A stretch of 64,000 nt of DNA from the human T2T-CHM13v2.0 reference genome, Homo sapiens. Below are positions 13,201-23,150 of the stretch, piece by piece. The translations under genes were made by a program, and so were the position numbers. Location of the stretch: positions 8,416,001 to 8,480,000 of the forward strand of contig CP068257.2 in the NCBI GenBank assembly GCA_009914755.4, given 5' to 3'. The notes beneath the pieces were generated by a model, which was not told where the DNA came from, ran no database searches, and saw nothing but the letters and a program-made list of their open reading frames with translations. How positions within the stretch are numbered: position 1 is the stretch's first letter; every line of letters starts with the position of its first letter.

Positions 13201-16020
13201 AGAGGAGAGGAGAGGATTGGAGTGGAGTGGAATGGAATGGAATGGAATGGAATGGAGTGGAGTGGAGTTGAGTGGACTGGAGTGGAATGGAGTGTAATGG
13301 AATGGAAAGGTGAAATGAAATGTGAGCTCAGATTGTGCCACTGTACTCCAGCCTGTGTGACAGAGTGAGACCCTGTCAAAAGAAAGTGATGGAATGGAAT
13401 GGAGTGGAATGGAAAGGAATGGAATTGAATGGAGTGGAGTGTAGTGGAATGGAATGGAGTGGAATGGAGTGGAGTGGAGTGGAATGGAATGGAGTGGAAT
13501 GGAGTGGAGTGGAGTGGAATGGAGTGGAATGGAATGGGATGGAAAGGAATGTAATGGTTTCAAATGGAGTGGAGTGATGTGGAATGGAGTGGAATATAAT
13601 GGGATGGATTGAATGGAGTGGAGTGGGATGGAATGGAGTGGAATGGAATGGAATGGAATGGAATGGAGTGGAGTGGAATGGAATGGAGTGGAGTGCACTG
13701 GAATGCAATGGAATGGAACGGAATGGAATGGAATGGTGAAATTAAATGTGAGCTGTGATTGTGCCACTGCACTCCAGCCTGGGTGGCAGAGTGAGATGCT
13801 GTCGAAAGAAAGGAATGCAATGGAATGGAATGGAATGGAGCGGAATGGAGAGGAGTGGTGTGGAGTGGAGTGGAGTGGAGTGGAGAGGAATGGAATGGAG
13901 TGGAATGGGATGGGAAGGAATTGAATGGAATATAGCGGAGTGGAGTGGAGTGGAATGGAATGGAATGGAATGGCGTGGAGTGGAGTGGAGTGGATTGGAG
14001 TTAAATAGAATGGAATTGAATGCAATGGAATGGTGAAATGAAATGTGATCTGAGATTGTGCCACTACACTCCAGCCTCAGTGACAGAGTGACACTCTTTC
14101 GAAGAAAACGAATGGAATGGAATGGAGTGGAATGGAATGGAATGGAGTGGAGAGTAGTGGAGTGGAGTGAAGTGGAGTGGAGAGGAATGGAATACTTTGG
14201 AGTGGAATTGAATGGAGTGGAGGGTAGTGGAGTGAAATGGATTGGAATGGAGTGGAATGGAATGGGCTGGAATGGAGTGGAGTGGTGTGGAGCGGACTGG
14301 AGTGGAATGGAATGGGTTGGAATGGAGTGGAGTGGTGTGGAGCGGACTGGAGTGGATGGGAGTTGAATGGAATGGAGTGGAGTGGTGTGGAGTGGACTGG
14401 AGTGGAAGGGAGTTTAATGGAATGGGATGGAATGGAATGGAGTGGAGTGGAGTTTAATAGAATGGGATGGAATGGAATTGAATGGAAAGGAATGGAATGG
14501 AATGGAATGGAATGGTGAAATGAAATGTGAACTGAAATTGTGTTACTGCACTCCACCCTGGGTGACAGAGTGAGATCCTGTCAAAAGAAAGGAATGGAAT
14601 GGAATGGAGTAGAATGGAATGGAATGGAATGGAATGGAGTGAATTGGAGTGGAGTTTAGTGGAGTGGAGTGGAATGCTGTGGAATGGAATGGTATGGAAT
14701 GGAATGGAATGGCATGGAGTGGAGTAGAGTTGATTAGAGTGGAGTGGAGTGGAGTGGAATGGAGTGGAATACAATGGAATGGAGTGGAGTGGATTGGAAT
14801 GTAGAAGGGTGGACTGGAATGAAGTGGAATGGAACGGAATGGAATGGAATTGAATGGAATGGAGTGGAATGGAATGGAGTGGAATGGAATGGAATGGAAT
14901 GGAATGGAATGGAATGGTGAAATGAAATGTGAGCTGAGATAGTGCCGCTGCACTCCAGCCTGGGTGACAGAGTGAGATCCTGTTGAAAGAAAGGAATGGA
15001 ATGGAATGGAATGGAATGGAATGGAATGGAATGGAATGGAATGGAATGGAGTGAAGTGGAGTGGAGTGGAGTGGAGAGGAATGGAGTGGAATGTGATAGG
15101 ATGGATTGGAGTGGAATGGAGTAGAATGGACTGGACTGAGGTGGAGTGGATTGGAGTGGAATGGAGTGGAATGGAGTGGATGGAATGGAATGAAATGGAT
15201 TGGAATGGAATTGAGTGGATTGAAGTGGAGTGGAGTGGAATGAAGTGCAGTGGAATGTTATGGAATGGAAATGAATGGAATGGAATGCAATGAAATATAA
15301 TGGTGAAGTGAAATGTCAGCTGAGATTACTCCACTGCACTCCAGCCTGGGTGACAGAGTGATATCCTGTCGAAAGAAAGGAATGGAATGGAATGGAATGG
15401 TGTGGAATGGAATGGAATGGAAGGGAGTGTAGTGTAGTGTAGTGTAGTGTAGTGTAGTGTAGTTTAGTGTAGTGTAGTGTAGTGTAGTGTAGTGTAGTGG
15501 AATGGAGTGTAGTGTAGTGCAGTGTAGTGGAGTGGAGTGGAGTTTAATGCAATGGGATGGAATTGAAGGGAGTGGAGTGGAGTGGAATGCAATGTAGTGA
15601 AAGGGAGTGTGATGGATTGGAATGGAGTGGATTGCAGTGGAGCGGAGTGTAGTGGAATGGAATGGAATGGAGTGGAATGGAATTGAATGGAATGCAATGG
15701 AATGGAATGGCGTGGAATGAATTGGAATGGAATGGTGAAATGAAATGTGAGCTGAGATTGTGCTACTTCACTCCAGGCTGGTTGACAGGGTGAGATATTG
15801 TCAAAAGAAAGGAGTGGAGTGGAGTGGAGTTGAATGCAATGGGATGGAATGGAATGGAGTGGAGTGGAGTCGAGTAGAGTGGTTTGGAGTGGAATGGAAT
15901 GGAATAGAATGGAAAGGAATGGAATGCAATGGAATGGAATGGAAAGGTGAAATGTAATGCGAGCTGAGATTGTGCCACTGCACTGCAGCCTGGGTTACAG
16001 AGTGAGATCCTGTCGAAAGA
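1271..16020 (+). repeat. About 36 embedded Alu right-arm 3'-end fragments of ~75 bp (consensus-like gtgaaatgaaatgtgagctgagattgtgccactgcactccagcctgggtgacagagtgagatcctgtc). They lie every ~300-500 bp inside the HSat3 array as part of its higher-order unit. Starts are near 1271, 2183, 2656, 2989, 3350, 3657, 4243, 4579, 5004, 5330, 5697, 6442, 7134, 7651, 7968, 8316, 8891, 9247, 9603, 9866, 10277, 10638, 11035, 11429, 11972, 12338, 12545, 12966, 13308, 13735, 14032, 14514, 14908, 15301, 15734 and 15947.
   Basis: The motif 'gccactgcactccagcctgggtgacagagtgagatcctgtc' is the Alu 3' end before the A-tail. Each copy is followed by an aaagaaagg remnant, then satellite resumes. Three sequence variants (a, b, c) recur in the same order in successive ~5 kb units. 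Confidence 0.85.
15421..15500. repeat. Short (TGTAGT)n-like hexamer tract inside HSat3
   Basis: agtgtagtgtagtgtagtgtagtgtagtgtagtttagtgtagtgtagtg... Confidence 0.7.
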
Positions 16021-16145
16021 AATGAATGTAATGGAATGGAGTGGAATGTAATGGAATGGAATGTAATGGAGTGGGGTGGAGTGCAGTGGAGTGAGGTGGA
16101 GTGGAATGGAATGGGACAGAATGGAATGCAGTGGAGTGGATTGGA

Positions 16146-19100
16146 GCACTTTGAGGCCTATGGTGGAAAAGGAAATATCTTCACATAATACCTAGACAGA
16201 AGCAGTCTGAGAAACTTCTTTGTGATGTGTGCGGTCTTCTCACAGAGTTGAACCTTTCTTTTTATTGAGCAGTTTGGAAACTCTTTTTGTAGAATCTGCA
16301 AGTGGACATTTGGAGCGATTTGAGGCATATGTTGAAAAAAAATCTTCACATGAAAACTAGACAGAAGCGTTCTGCAAACTTCTTTGTGATATGTGCATTC
16401 ATCTCAAATAATTTAACCTTTATTTGATTCAGCAGCTTTGAAACTCCCTTTTTGTATTATCTGCAAGTGGACATTTGGAGTGCTTTGAGGCATATGATGG
16501 AAAAGGAAATATCTTCAAAAAAGCTAGACAGAAGCATTCTGACAAATTTCTTTGTGATGTGTGCATTCATCTCACAGGTTTGAACCTTTCATTTGATTGA
16601 ACGGCTTTGAAAAACTTTGTACAATCTGCATGTGGAAATTTGGAGCACTTTGAATCCTATGGTGGAAAAGGAAGTATCTTCATATAAAAACTATACAGAA
16701 ACATTCTGACAAACTTCTTTCTGATGTGTGAATTTATCTCACAGATTTGAACGTTTCTTTTCATTGAGCAGTTTTGAAACACTCTTTTTGTAGAATCTGC
16801 AAGTGGATATTTGGAGAGTTTTCAGGCCTACGGTGGAAAAGGAAATATCTTCACATAAAAACTAAACAGAAGCATTCTGAGAAACTTCTTTGTGATGTAT
16901 GCATTCACCTCACAGTGTTGAAATTTTATTTTGATTGAGCAGTTTCAAAACACTCTTTTTGTAGAATCTGCAAGTGGACATTTATGAGCACTGTGAGGCC
17001 TAGTGTGGAAAAGGAAACATCTTCACATTAAAACTAGACAGAATAATTCTGACCAACTTCTTTTGGATGTGTGCATCTATCTTCCAGATGTGAACCTTAC
17101 TTTCGATTGAGCAGTTCTGAAACACTCTTTTTGTAGAATCTGCAAGTGGAAATTTGGAGCGCTTTGCAGGCTATGGTGGAAAAGGAAACATTTTCACATA
17201 AAAACTAGACAGAATCATTCTGACAAACTTCTTTGGGATGTGTGCATTCATCTGACAGAGTTGGAACTTTCTTTTGATTGAACAGTTTTGAAACACGTTT
17301 TGTAGAATTTGCAGGAGGACATTTGGAGTGTTTTGAGGCCTATGGTGGAAAAGAAAATATCTTCACTTAAGTGCTAAACAGAAGCATTCTGAGAACCTTC
17401 TTTGTGATGTGTGCATTCATCTCACCGAATTTAACCTTACTTTTGATTGAGCTGTTTTGAAACACTCTTGTAGAATCTGCAATAGGACATTTGGAGCGCT
17501 TTGTGGACTATGGTGGAAAAGGAAATAACTTCACATAAAAACTAGACAGAATCATTCTGAGAAAATTCTTTGTGATATGTGAATTCATCTTAGAGAGTTG
17601 AACCTTTCTTTTGAGCAGTTTTGAAAAACTCATTTGTAGAATCTATAATTGGTCATTTGCAGCACTTTGAGGCCTATGGTGGAAAAGGAAATATCTTCAC
17701 ATAAAAACTAGACAGAAGCATTCTGAGAATCTTCTTTATGATGTGTGCACTCACCTCACAGATTCGAACCTTTCTTTTGGTTGAGCAGTTTGGAAACACT
17801 CTTTTTGTAGAATCTGCAAGTGGATATTTGGAGTGCTATACTGCCTAAAGTGGAAAAGAAAATATCTTCACATAAAAACTAGACAGAAGCATTCTGAGCA
17901 ACTCCTTTCACATGTGTGCATTCACGTGACAGAGTTGAAATTTTCTTATGATTGAGCAGTTTTGAAACATTCTTTTTGAGAATCTGCAAGTGGATATTGG
18001 GAGAAATTTGAGGCCTGTTTTGGAAAAGGAAATATCTTCACATAAAAACTAGACAGAAGCATTCTGAGAAAATTATTTGTGATGTGTCCATGCATGTCAC
18101 AGGTTTGGAGATTTTTCCATTGAGCAGTTTTGAAATACTCTTTTTGTAGAATCTACAAGTGGATATTTTGGGAGCTTTGAGGCCTATGGTAGAAAAGGAA
18201 ATATCTTCACATAAAACAAGACAGAAGAATTCTGAGAAACTTTTTTGTAAGGTGGGCATTCATCTCACAGGGTTGAACCTTTCTTTTGATTGAGCAGTTT
18301 TAAACACTCTATTTGTAGAATCTGCATTTGGACATTTGGAGTGCTTTGCGGCCTATGGTAGTGAAAGAAATACCTTCACATAAAATCTAGAGAGAAGCAA
18401 TCTGAGAAACTTCTTTTTGATTTGTGTATTCATCTCACAGTGTTAAACCTTTCCTGTGATTGAACAGTTTGAAACTCTCTTTTTGTAGAATCTGATAGTG
18501 GACATTTGGAGCACTTTGAGGACAATGGTGGAAAAGGAAATATCTTTACATAAAAACTAGACTGAAGATTTGTGAGAAACTTCATTGTGATGTGTACGTT
18601 CATCTCACAAAGGTGAACCTTTATTTTGAGTGAGCAGTTTGGAAACACGGTTTATGTAAAATCTGCAAGTAGATATTTGGAGCGCTTTGCGTCCTATGTT
18701 ATAAAATGAAATACCATCACATAAAATCTTGACAGAAGCAATCTGAGAAATTTCTTTGTGATGTGTGCATTCATATCAAAGAGTTAAACCTTTGTTTTGA
18801 TTGAACAGTTTTAAAACTCTCTTTTTGTAGAACCTGCAATTGGACACTTTTAGCGCTTTGAGGCCTATGGTGGAATAGGAAACGTCTTCACATAAAAACT
18901 ACACAGAAGAATTCTGAGAAATTTCTTTGGGATACGTGCGTTCATCTTACAGAGTTTAATCTTTCTTTTGATTGAGCAGTTTGGAAACACTTTTTGTAGA
19001 ATCTACAAGTAGACATTTGCAGCGCTTTGAGGGCTGTGGTAGAAAAGGAAGTATCTTCACATAAAATCTAGACAGAAGCAATCTGAGAAACTTCTTTTTG

Positions 19101-19630
19101 ATGTGTGCATTCATCTCACAGAGTTAAAACTTTCTTTTGATTGAGTAGTTTAAAATTCTCTTTTTGTAGAATCTGCAAGTGGACTTTTGGAGCACTTTGA
19201 GGCCTATGGTGGAAAAGGAAATATCCTCACATAGAAACTAGATAGAAGAATTCTGAGAAACTTCATTGTGTTGTCTGTGTTTATCTCACAGAGTTGAAAA
19301 TTTCTTTTGATTGAGCAGTTTGAAAACTCTCTTTTTGTAGAATCTGCAAGTGGACATTTGAAGGGCTTTGCATCCTTTGGTACAAAAGGAAATACCTTCA
19401 CATAAATTCTAGACGGAAGCAATCTGAGAAACTTTTATTGTGATTTGTGCATTCACTTCACAGAGTTAAAACTTTCTTTTGATTGAGCAGTTTGAAACTC
19501 TGTTTTTGTAGAATCTGCAAGTGGACATTTGGAGCGCTTTGAGGCCTATGGTGGAAAAGGAAATATCTTCACAGGAAAACTAGATAGAAGTATTCTGAGA
19601 AACTTCTTTGTGATGTATGCAGTCATATCT
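16146..19630 (+). repeat. Alpha satellite, ~171 bp monomers, + orientation. Dimeric type: monomers alternate between 'aaaactagacagaagcattctgag' and 'aaaatctagacagaagcaatctgag'. Divergent (monomeric/dimeric pericentromeric type). No CENP-B box seen.
   Basis: Recurrent 'ggaaatatcttcacataaaaactagacagaagcattctgagaaacttctttgtgatgtgtgcattca...tttgtagaatctgcaagtggacatttggagcgctttgaggcctatggtggaaaa' at ~171 bp period. The junction with HSat3 is at 'ggattggagc|actttgaggcctatggtgg'. Confidence 0.9.
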
Positions 19631-21615
19631 CAGAGTTGAACCTTTTTTTTTTGCCTTTCATTTTGTATACTTTATTTATTTTTTAATTTTTAATTTTGGT
19701 GGGTACTTAGTAGATATATATATTTATGGATATATGAGATGTTTTGATACAGGCATGCAGGGCATAACAATCACAGCATGGAAAATAGACTATCCATTCC
19801 CTCAAGTATTTATTATCCTTTGTGTTACAAACATCCAATTATACTCTTCTAGTTTTTGTTTTTGTTGTTTTTTTTTCTTTTTCTTTTTTATTGATCATTC
19901 TTGAGTGTTTCTTGCAGAGGGGGATTTGGCAAGGTCACAGGACAATAGTGGAGGGAGGTCAGCAGATAAACAAGTGAAAAAAGGTCTCTGGTTTTCCTAG
20001 GCAGAGGACCCTGGGGCCTTCCTCAGTGTTTGTGTCTCTGGGTACTTGAGATTAGGGAGTGGTGATGACTCTTAATGAGCATGCTGCCTTCAAGCATCTG
20101 TTTAACAAAGCACATCTTGCACCGCACTTAATCCATTTAACCCTGAGTGGACACAGCACATGTTTCAGAGAGCACCAGGTTGGGGGTAAGGTCGTAGATC
20201 AACAGCATCCCAAGGCAGAAGAATTTTTCTTAGTACAGAACAAAATGGAGTCTCCTATGTCTACTTCTTTCCACACAGACACAGCAACAATCTGATTTCT
20301 CTATCTTTTCCCCACATTTCCCCCTTTTCTATTTGACAAAACCACCATCGTCATCATGGCCCGTTCTCAATGAGCTGTTGGGTACACCTCCCAGATGGGG
20401 TGGCGGCCGGGCAGAGGGTCTCCTCACTTCCCAGAAGGGGTGGCCAGGCAGAGGCGCCCCCCACCCCCCAGACAGGGCGGCTGACTGGGCGTGGGCTGCT
20501 CCCCACCTCCCTCCCTGCCGGGGTGGCTGGCCGGGCGGGGGCTGCCCCCCAACTCCCTCCCAGATGGGGCGGCTGGCCGGGAAGGGGCTGCCCCCCACCT
20601 ACCTCCCAGATGGGGTGGCTGGCCGGGCAGGGGCTGCCCCCTGCCTTCCTCCTGGATGGGGCAGCTGGCCGGGGGGGGGGCTGCCTGCCATCTTCCTCCT
20701 GGACGGGGTGGCTTGACTGGTGGGGGTTGCCCCCCACCTCCCTCCTGGATGGGGTGGCTGCCAGGCGGAGACACTCCTCACTTCCCAGATGGGGTGGCTG
20801 CCGGGCAGAGGGGCTCCTCACTTCTCAGATGGGGCGGCTGCTGGGCAGAGGGGCTCCTCACTTCTCAGACTGGGCAGCCGGGCAGAGACACTCCTCACCT
20901 CCCAGACAGGGTTGTGGCTGGGTAGAGGCACTCCTCACATCCCAGATGGAGTGGCCGGGCAGAGGCGCTCCCCACATCTCAGACGATGGGCGGCCGGGCA
21001 GAGACCCTCCTCACTTCCTAGATGGGATGGCGACCGGGAAGAGGTGCTCTTCACTTCCCAGACTGGGCAGCCGGGCTGAGGGGCTCCACACATCCCAGAT
21101 GATGGGCGGCCAGGCAGAGACGCTCCTCACTTCCCAGATGGGGTGGCGGCTGGGCAGAGACTGCAATCTTGGCACTTTGGGAGGCCAAGGCTGGCGGCTG
21201 GGAGGTGGAGGTTGTAGCGAGCTGAGATCAGGCCACTGCACTCCAGCCTGGGCAACATTGAGCACTGAGTGAACGAGACTCCATCTGCAATCCTGGCACC
21301 TCGGGAGGCTGAGGCTGGCAGATCACTCGCGGTTAGGAGCTGGAGACCAGCCCAGCCAACACAGTGAAACCCTGTCTCCACCAAAAAAATACGAAAATCA
21401 GTCAGGCATGGTGACACATGCCTGCAATCGCAGGCACTCAGCAGGCTGAGGCAGGAGAATCAGGCAGGGAGGTTGCAGTGAGCAGAGATGGCAGCAGTAC
21501 AGTCCAGCTTCGGCTCAGCATCAGAGGGAGACAGTGGAAAGAGAGGGAGAGGGAGACCGTGGGGAGAGGGAGAGGGAGACCGTGAGGAGAGGGAGAGGGA
21601 GAGGGAGAGGGAGAA
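19631..21615 (-). mobile_element. Complete SVA retrotransposon on the minus strand (window + coordinates). Parts: (CCCTCT)n hexamer 21527-21615; Alu-like region 21151-21526; GC-rich VNTR ~20395-21150; SINE-R (HERV-K derived) 19905-20394; A-rich tail 19861-19904; an extra ~220 bp non-SVA segment 19641-19860; a terminal poly(A), seen as T10 on +, at 19631-19640. The extra segment is most simply read as a 3' transduction.
   Basis: The + strand reads gagggagagggagaccgtggggagagggagagggaga (reverse complement of CCCTCT repeats). It then has a sense-oriented Alu-like segment (ggcactttgggaggccaaggc...gccactgcactccagcctgggcaac). Next come 35-40 bp GC-rich repeats of ctcctcacttcccagatggggtggc(tg)ccgggcagag. 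Then the reverse complement of SINE-R (…tagagaaatcagattgttgctgtgtctgtgtggaaagaagtagacataggagactccattttgttctgtactaagaaaaattcttctgccttgggatgctg…). Then the reverse complement of 'caagaatgatcaataaaaaag'. Flanking alpha satellite shows a short target-site duplication (…gagttgaacc | insert | ctgaacctttctttt…). Confidence 0.85.
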
Positions 21616-23150
21616 CTGAACCTTTCTTTTGAAGGACGAGTTTTGAAATACTCTTTTTGAAGAATCTGCAATTGGACATTTCGAGATCCTTGAGGCATGT
21701 GGTGGAAAAGGAAATATCTTCGCATAAAAACTAGGCAGAAAACTTCTGAGAAACTTCTTTGTGATTTGTGCATTCATCTCACAGAGGTAAACGTTTCTTT
21801 TGATTGAGCAGTTTGGAAACACTCTTTTTGTAGAATCTACAAGTGGACATTTGGAGCGCTTTGCAGCCTATGGTAGAAAAGGAAATATCTTCACATAAAA
21901 TCTAGACAGTAGCAATCTGAGGAACCCCTTTGTTATGTGTGCATTCATCTCCCAGAGATAAACCTTTCTTTTGATTGAGCAGTTTTGAAACTCTTTTTGT
22001 AAAATCTGCAAGTGGACATTTTGAGCACTTTGAGGCCAAAGGTGGAAAAGGAAATATCTTCACATAAAAACTAGAGAAAAGAATTTTGAGAAACTTGTTT
22101 GTGATGAGTGGGTTCAACTCATGGTGTTGAACCTTCCTTTTGATTGGGCAGTTTTGAAAATCTCTTTTTGTAGAATCTGCAAGTGGACATTTGGAGTGCT
22201 TTGCAGCCAATGGTAGGAAAGAAATATCTTCATATAAAATCTAGACAGAAGCAATCTGAGAAATTTCTTTCTGATGTGTTCCTTCCTCTTACAGAGTTAA
22301 AGCTTTTTTTTTTTGAATGAGCAGTATTGAAACTCTCTTTTTGTAGTATCTACAAGTGGACATTTGGAGCTTTTTGAGGCCTATTTTGGAAAAGGTAATA
22401 TCTTCACATAAAAACTAGACAGAAGAATTCTGACAAAGTTCTTGGCGATGTGTGCATTCGGTCTCACAGATTTCAACCTTTCTTTTGATTGAGCAGTTTG
22501 GAAACAGTCTTTTTGTAGAATTTGCAAGTGGAGATTTGGAGCTCTTTGCGGCCTATGGTAGAAAAGGAAATAACTTCACATAAAATCTAGACAGAAGCAA
22601 TCTGAGAAACTTCCTTGTGATGTGTTCATTTATCTCACATAATTAAACCTTTCTTTGGATTGAGCAGTTTTGAAACTCTCTTTTTGTAGAATCTGTAATT
22701 GGACATTTGGAGCACTTTGAAGTCTATGGTGAAAAAGGAAATATCTTCACATGAAAACCAGATAGAAGCATTCTGAGAAACTTTTTTGTGATGTGTGCAT
22801 TCATATCTCAGAGTTGAAGGTTTCTTTTAAATGACCAGTTTTGAAATCCTCTTTTTGAAGTATCTGCAAGTCGACATTTCGAGCACCTTGAGGCGTATGG
22901 TGGAAAAGGAAATATCTTCACATAAAATCTAGACAGAAGCAATCTGAGAAACTTCCTTGAGATGTGTTCATTTATCTCACAGTGTTAAACCTTTCTTTTG
23001 ATTGAGCAGTTTTGAAAATCTCTTTTTGTGGGATCTGCAAGAGGACATTTGAAGCTCTTTGAAGCCTATGGTGGAAAAGGAGATATCTTCACATAAAAAC
23101 CGGATAGAAGCATTCTGAGAAACTTCTTTGAGATGTGTGTATTCATCTCC
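21616..23150 (+). repeat. Alpha satellite, + orientation, dimeric alternating type; continuation of the 16146-19630 array after the SVA.
   Basis: Alternating 'cacataaaaactag(a/g)cagaa' and 'cacataaaatctagacagaagcaatctgag' monomers. Confidence 0.85.

Larger units (their letters stand above)
1..16145 (+). repeat. Human satellite III (HSat3), degenerate (GGAAT)n / GGAGT variants, + orientation. Organised as a ~4.6-5.6 kb higher-order unit present about three times (e.g. 2656->7651->12966; 4243->8891->14514; 5004->9603).
   Basis: Pervasive ggaatggaatggagtgg pentamer pattern throughout. Distinctive subunits recur at ~5 kb spacing, e.g. 'aagtaatgttatggagtatactggaattgaatgg' at 2735, 7730 and 13040. 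The 5004-5160 block nearly repeats at 9603-9760. Confidence 0.9.

Noticed and set aside
15421-15500. The (TGTAGT)n tract as a possible distinct satellite or regulatory element.
   Set aside because: It is only ~80 bp and embedded in HSat3. GTGGA/GTAGT are common HSat3 pentamer variants, so this is most likely local slippage.
19641-19860. A possible independent old L1 3'-end fragment, with T-run at 19631-19640, sitting next to the SVA.
   Set aside because: Not fully rejected. There is only one terminal poly(A) and one pair of flanking alpha-satellite target-site duplications, so a single SVA insertion with a 3' transduction is more parsimonious. I could not classify the 220 bp by eye, so it is left unresolved.
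20333-21272. Cluster of overlapping Pro/Gly/Arg-rich ORFs on both strands (up to 300 aa).
   Set aside because: They lie entirely in the SVA VNTR and Alu-like region, which is GC-rich and has 35-40 bp tandem repeats. This is a stop-free artefact, not a gene.
21527-21615. A (GAGGGA)n microsatellite.
   Set aside because: It is the 5' (CCCTCT)n hexamer domain of the minus-strand SVA, not a standalone simple repeat.
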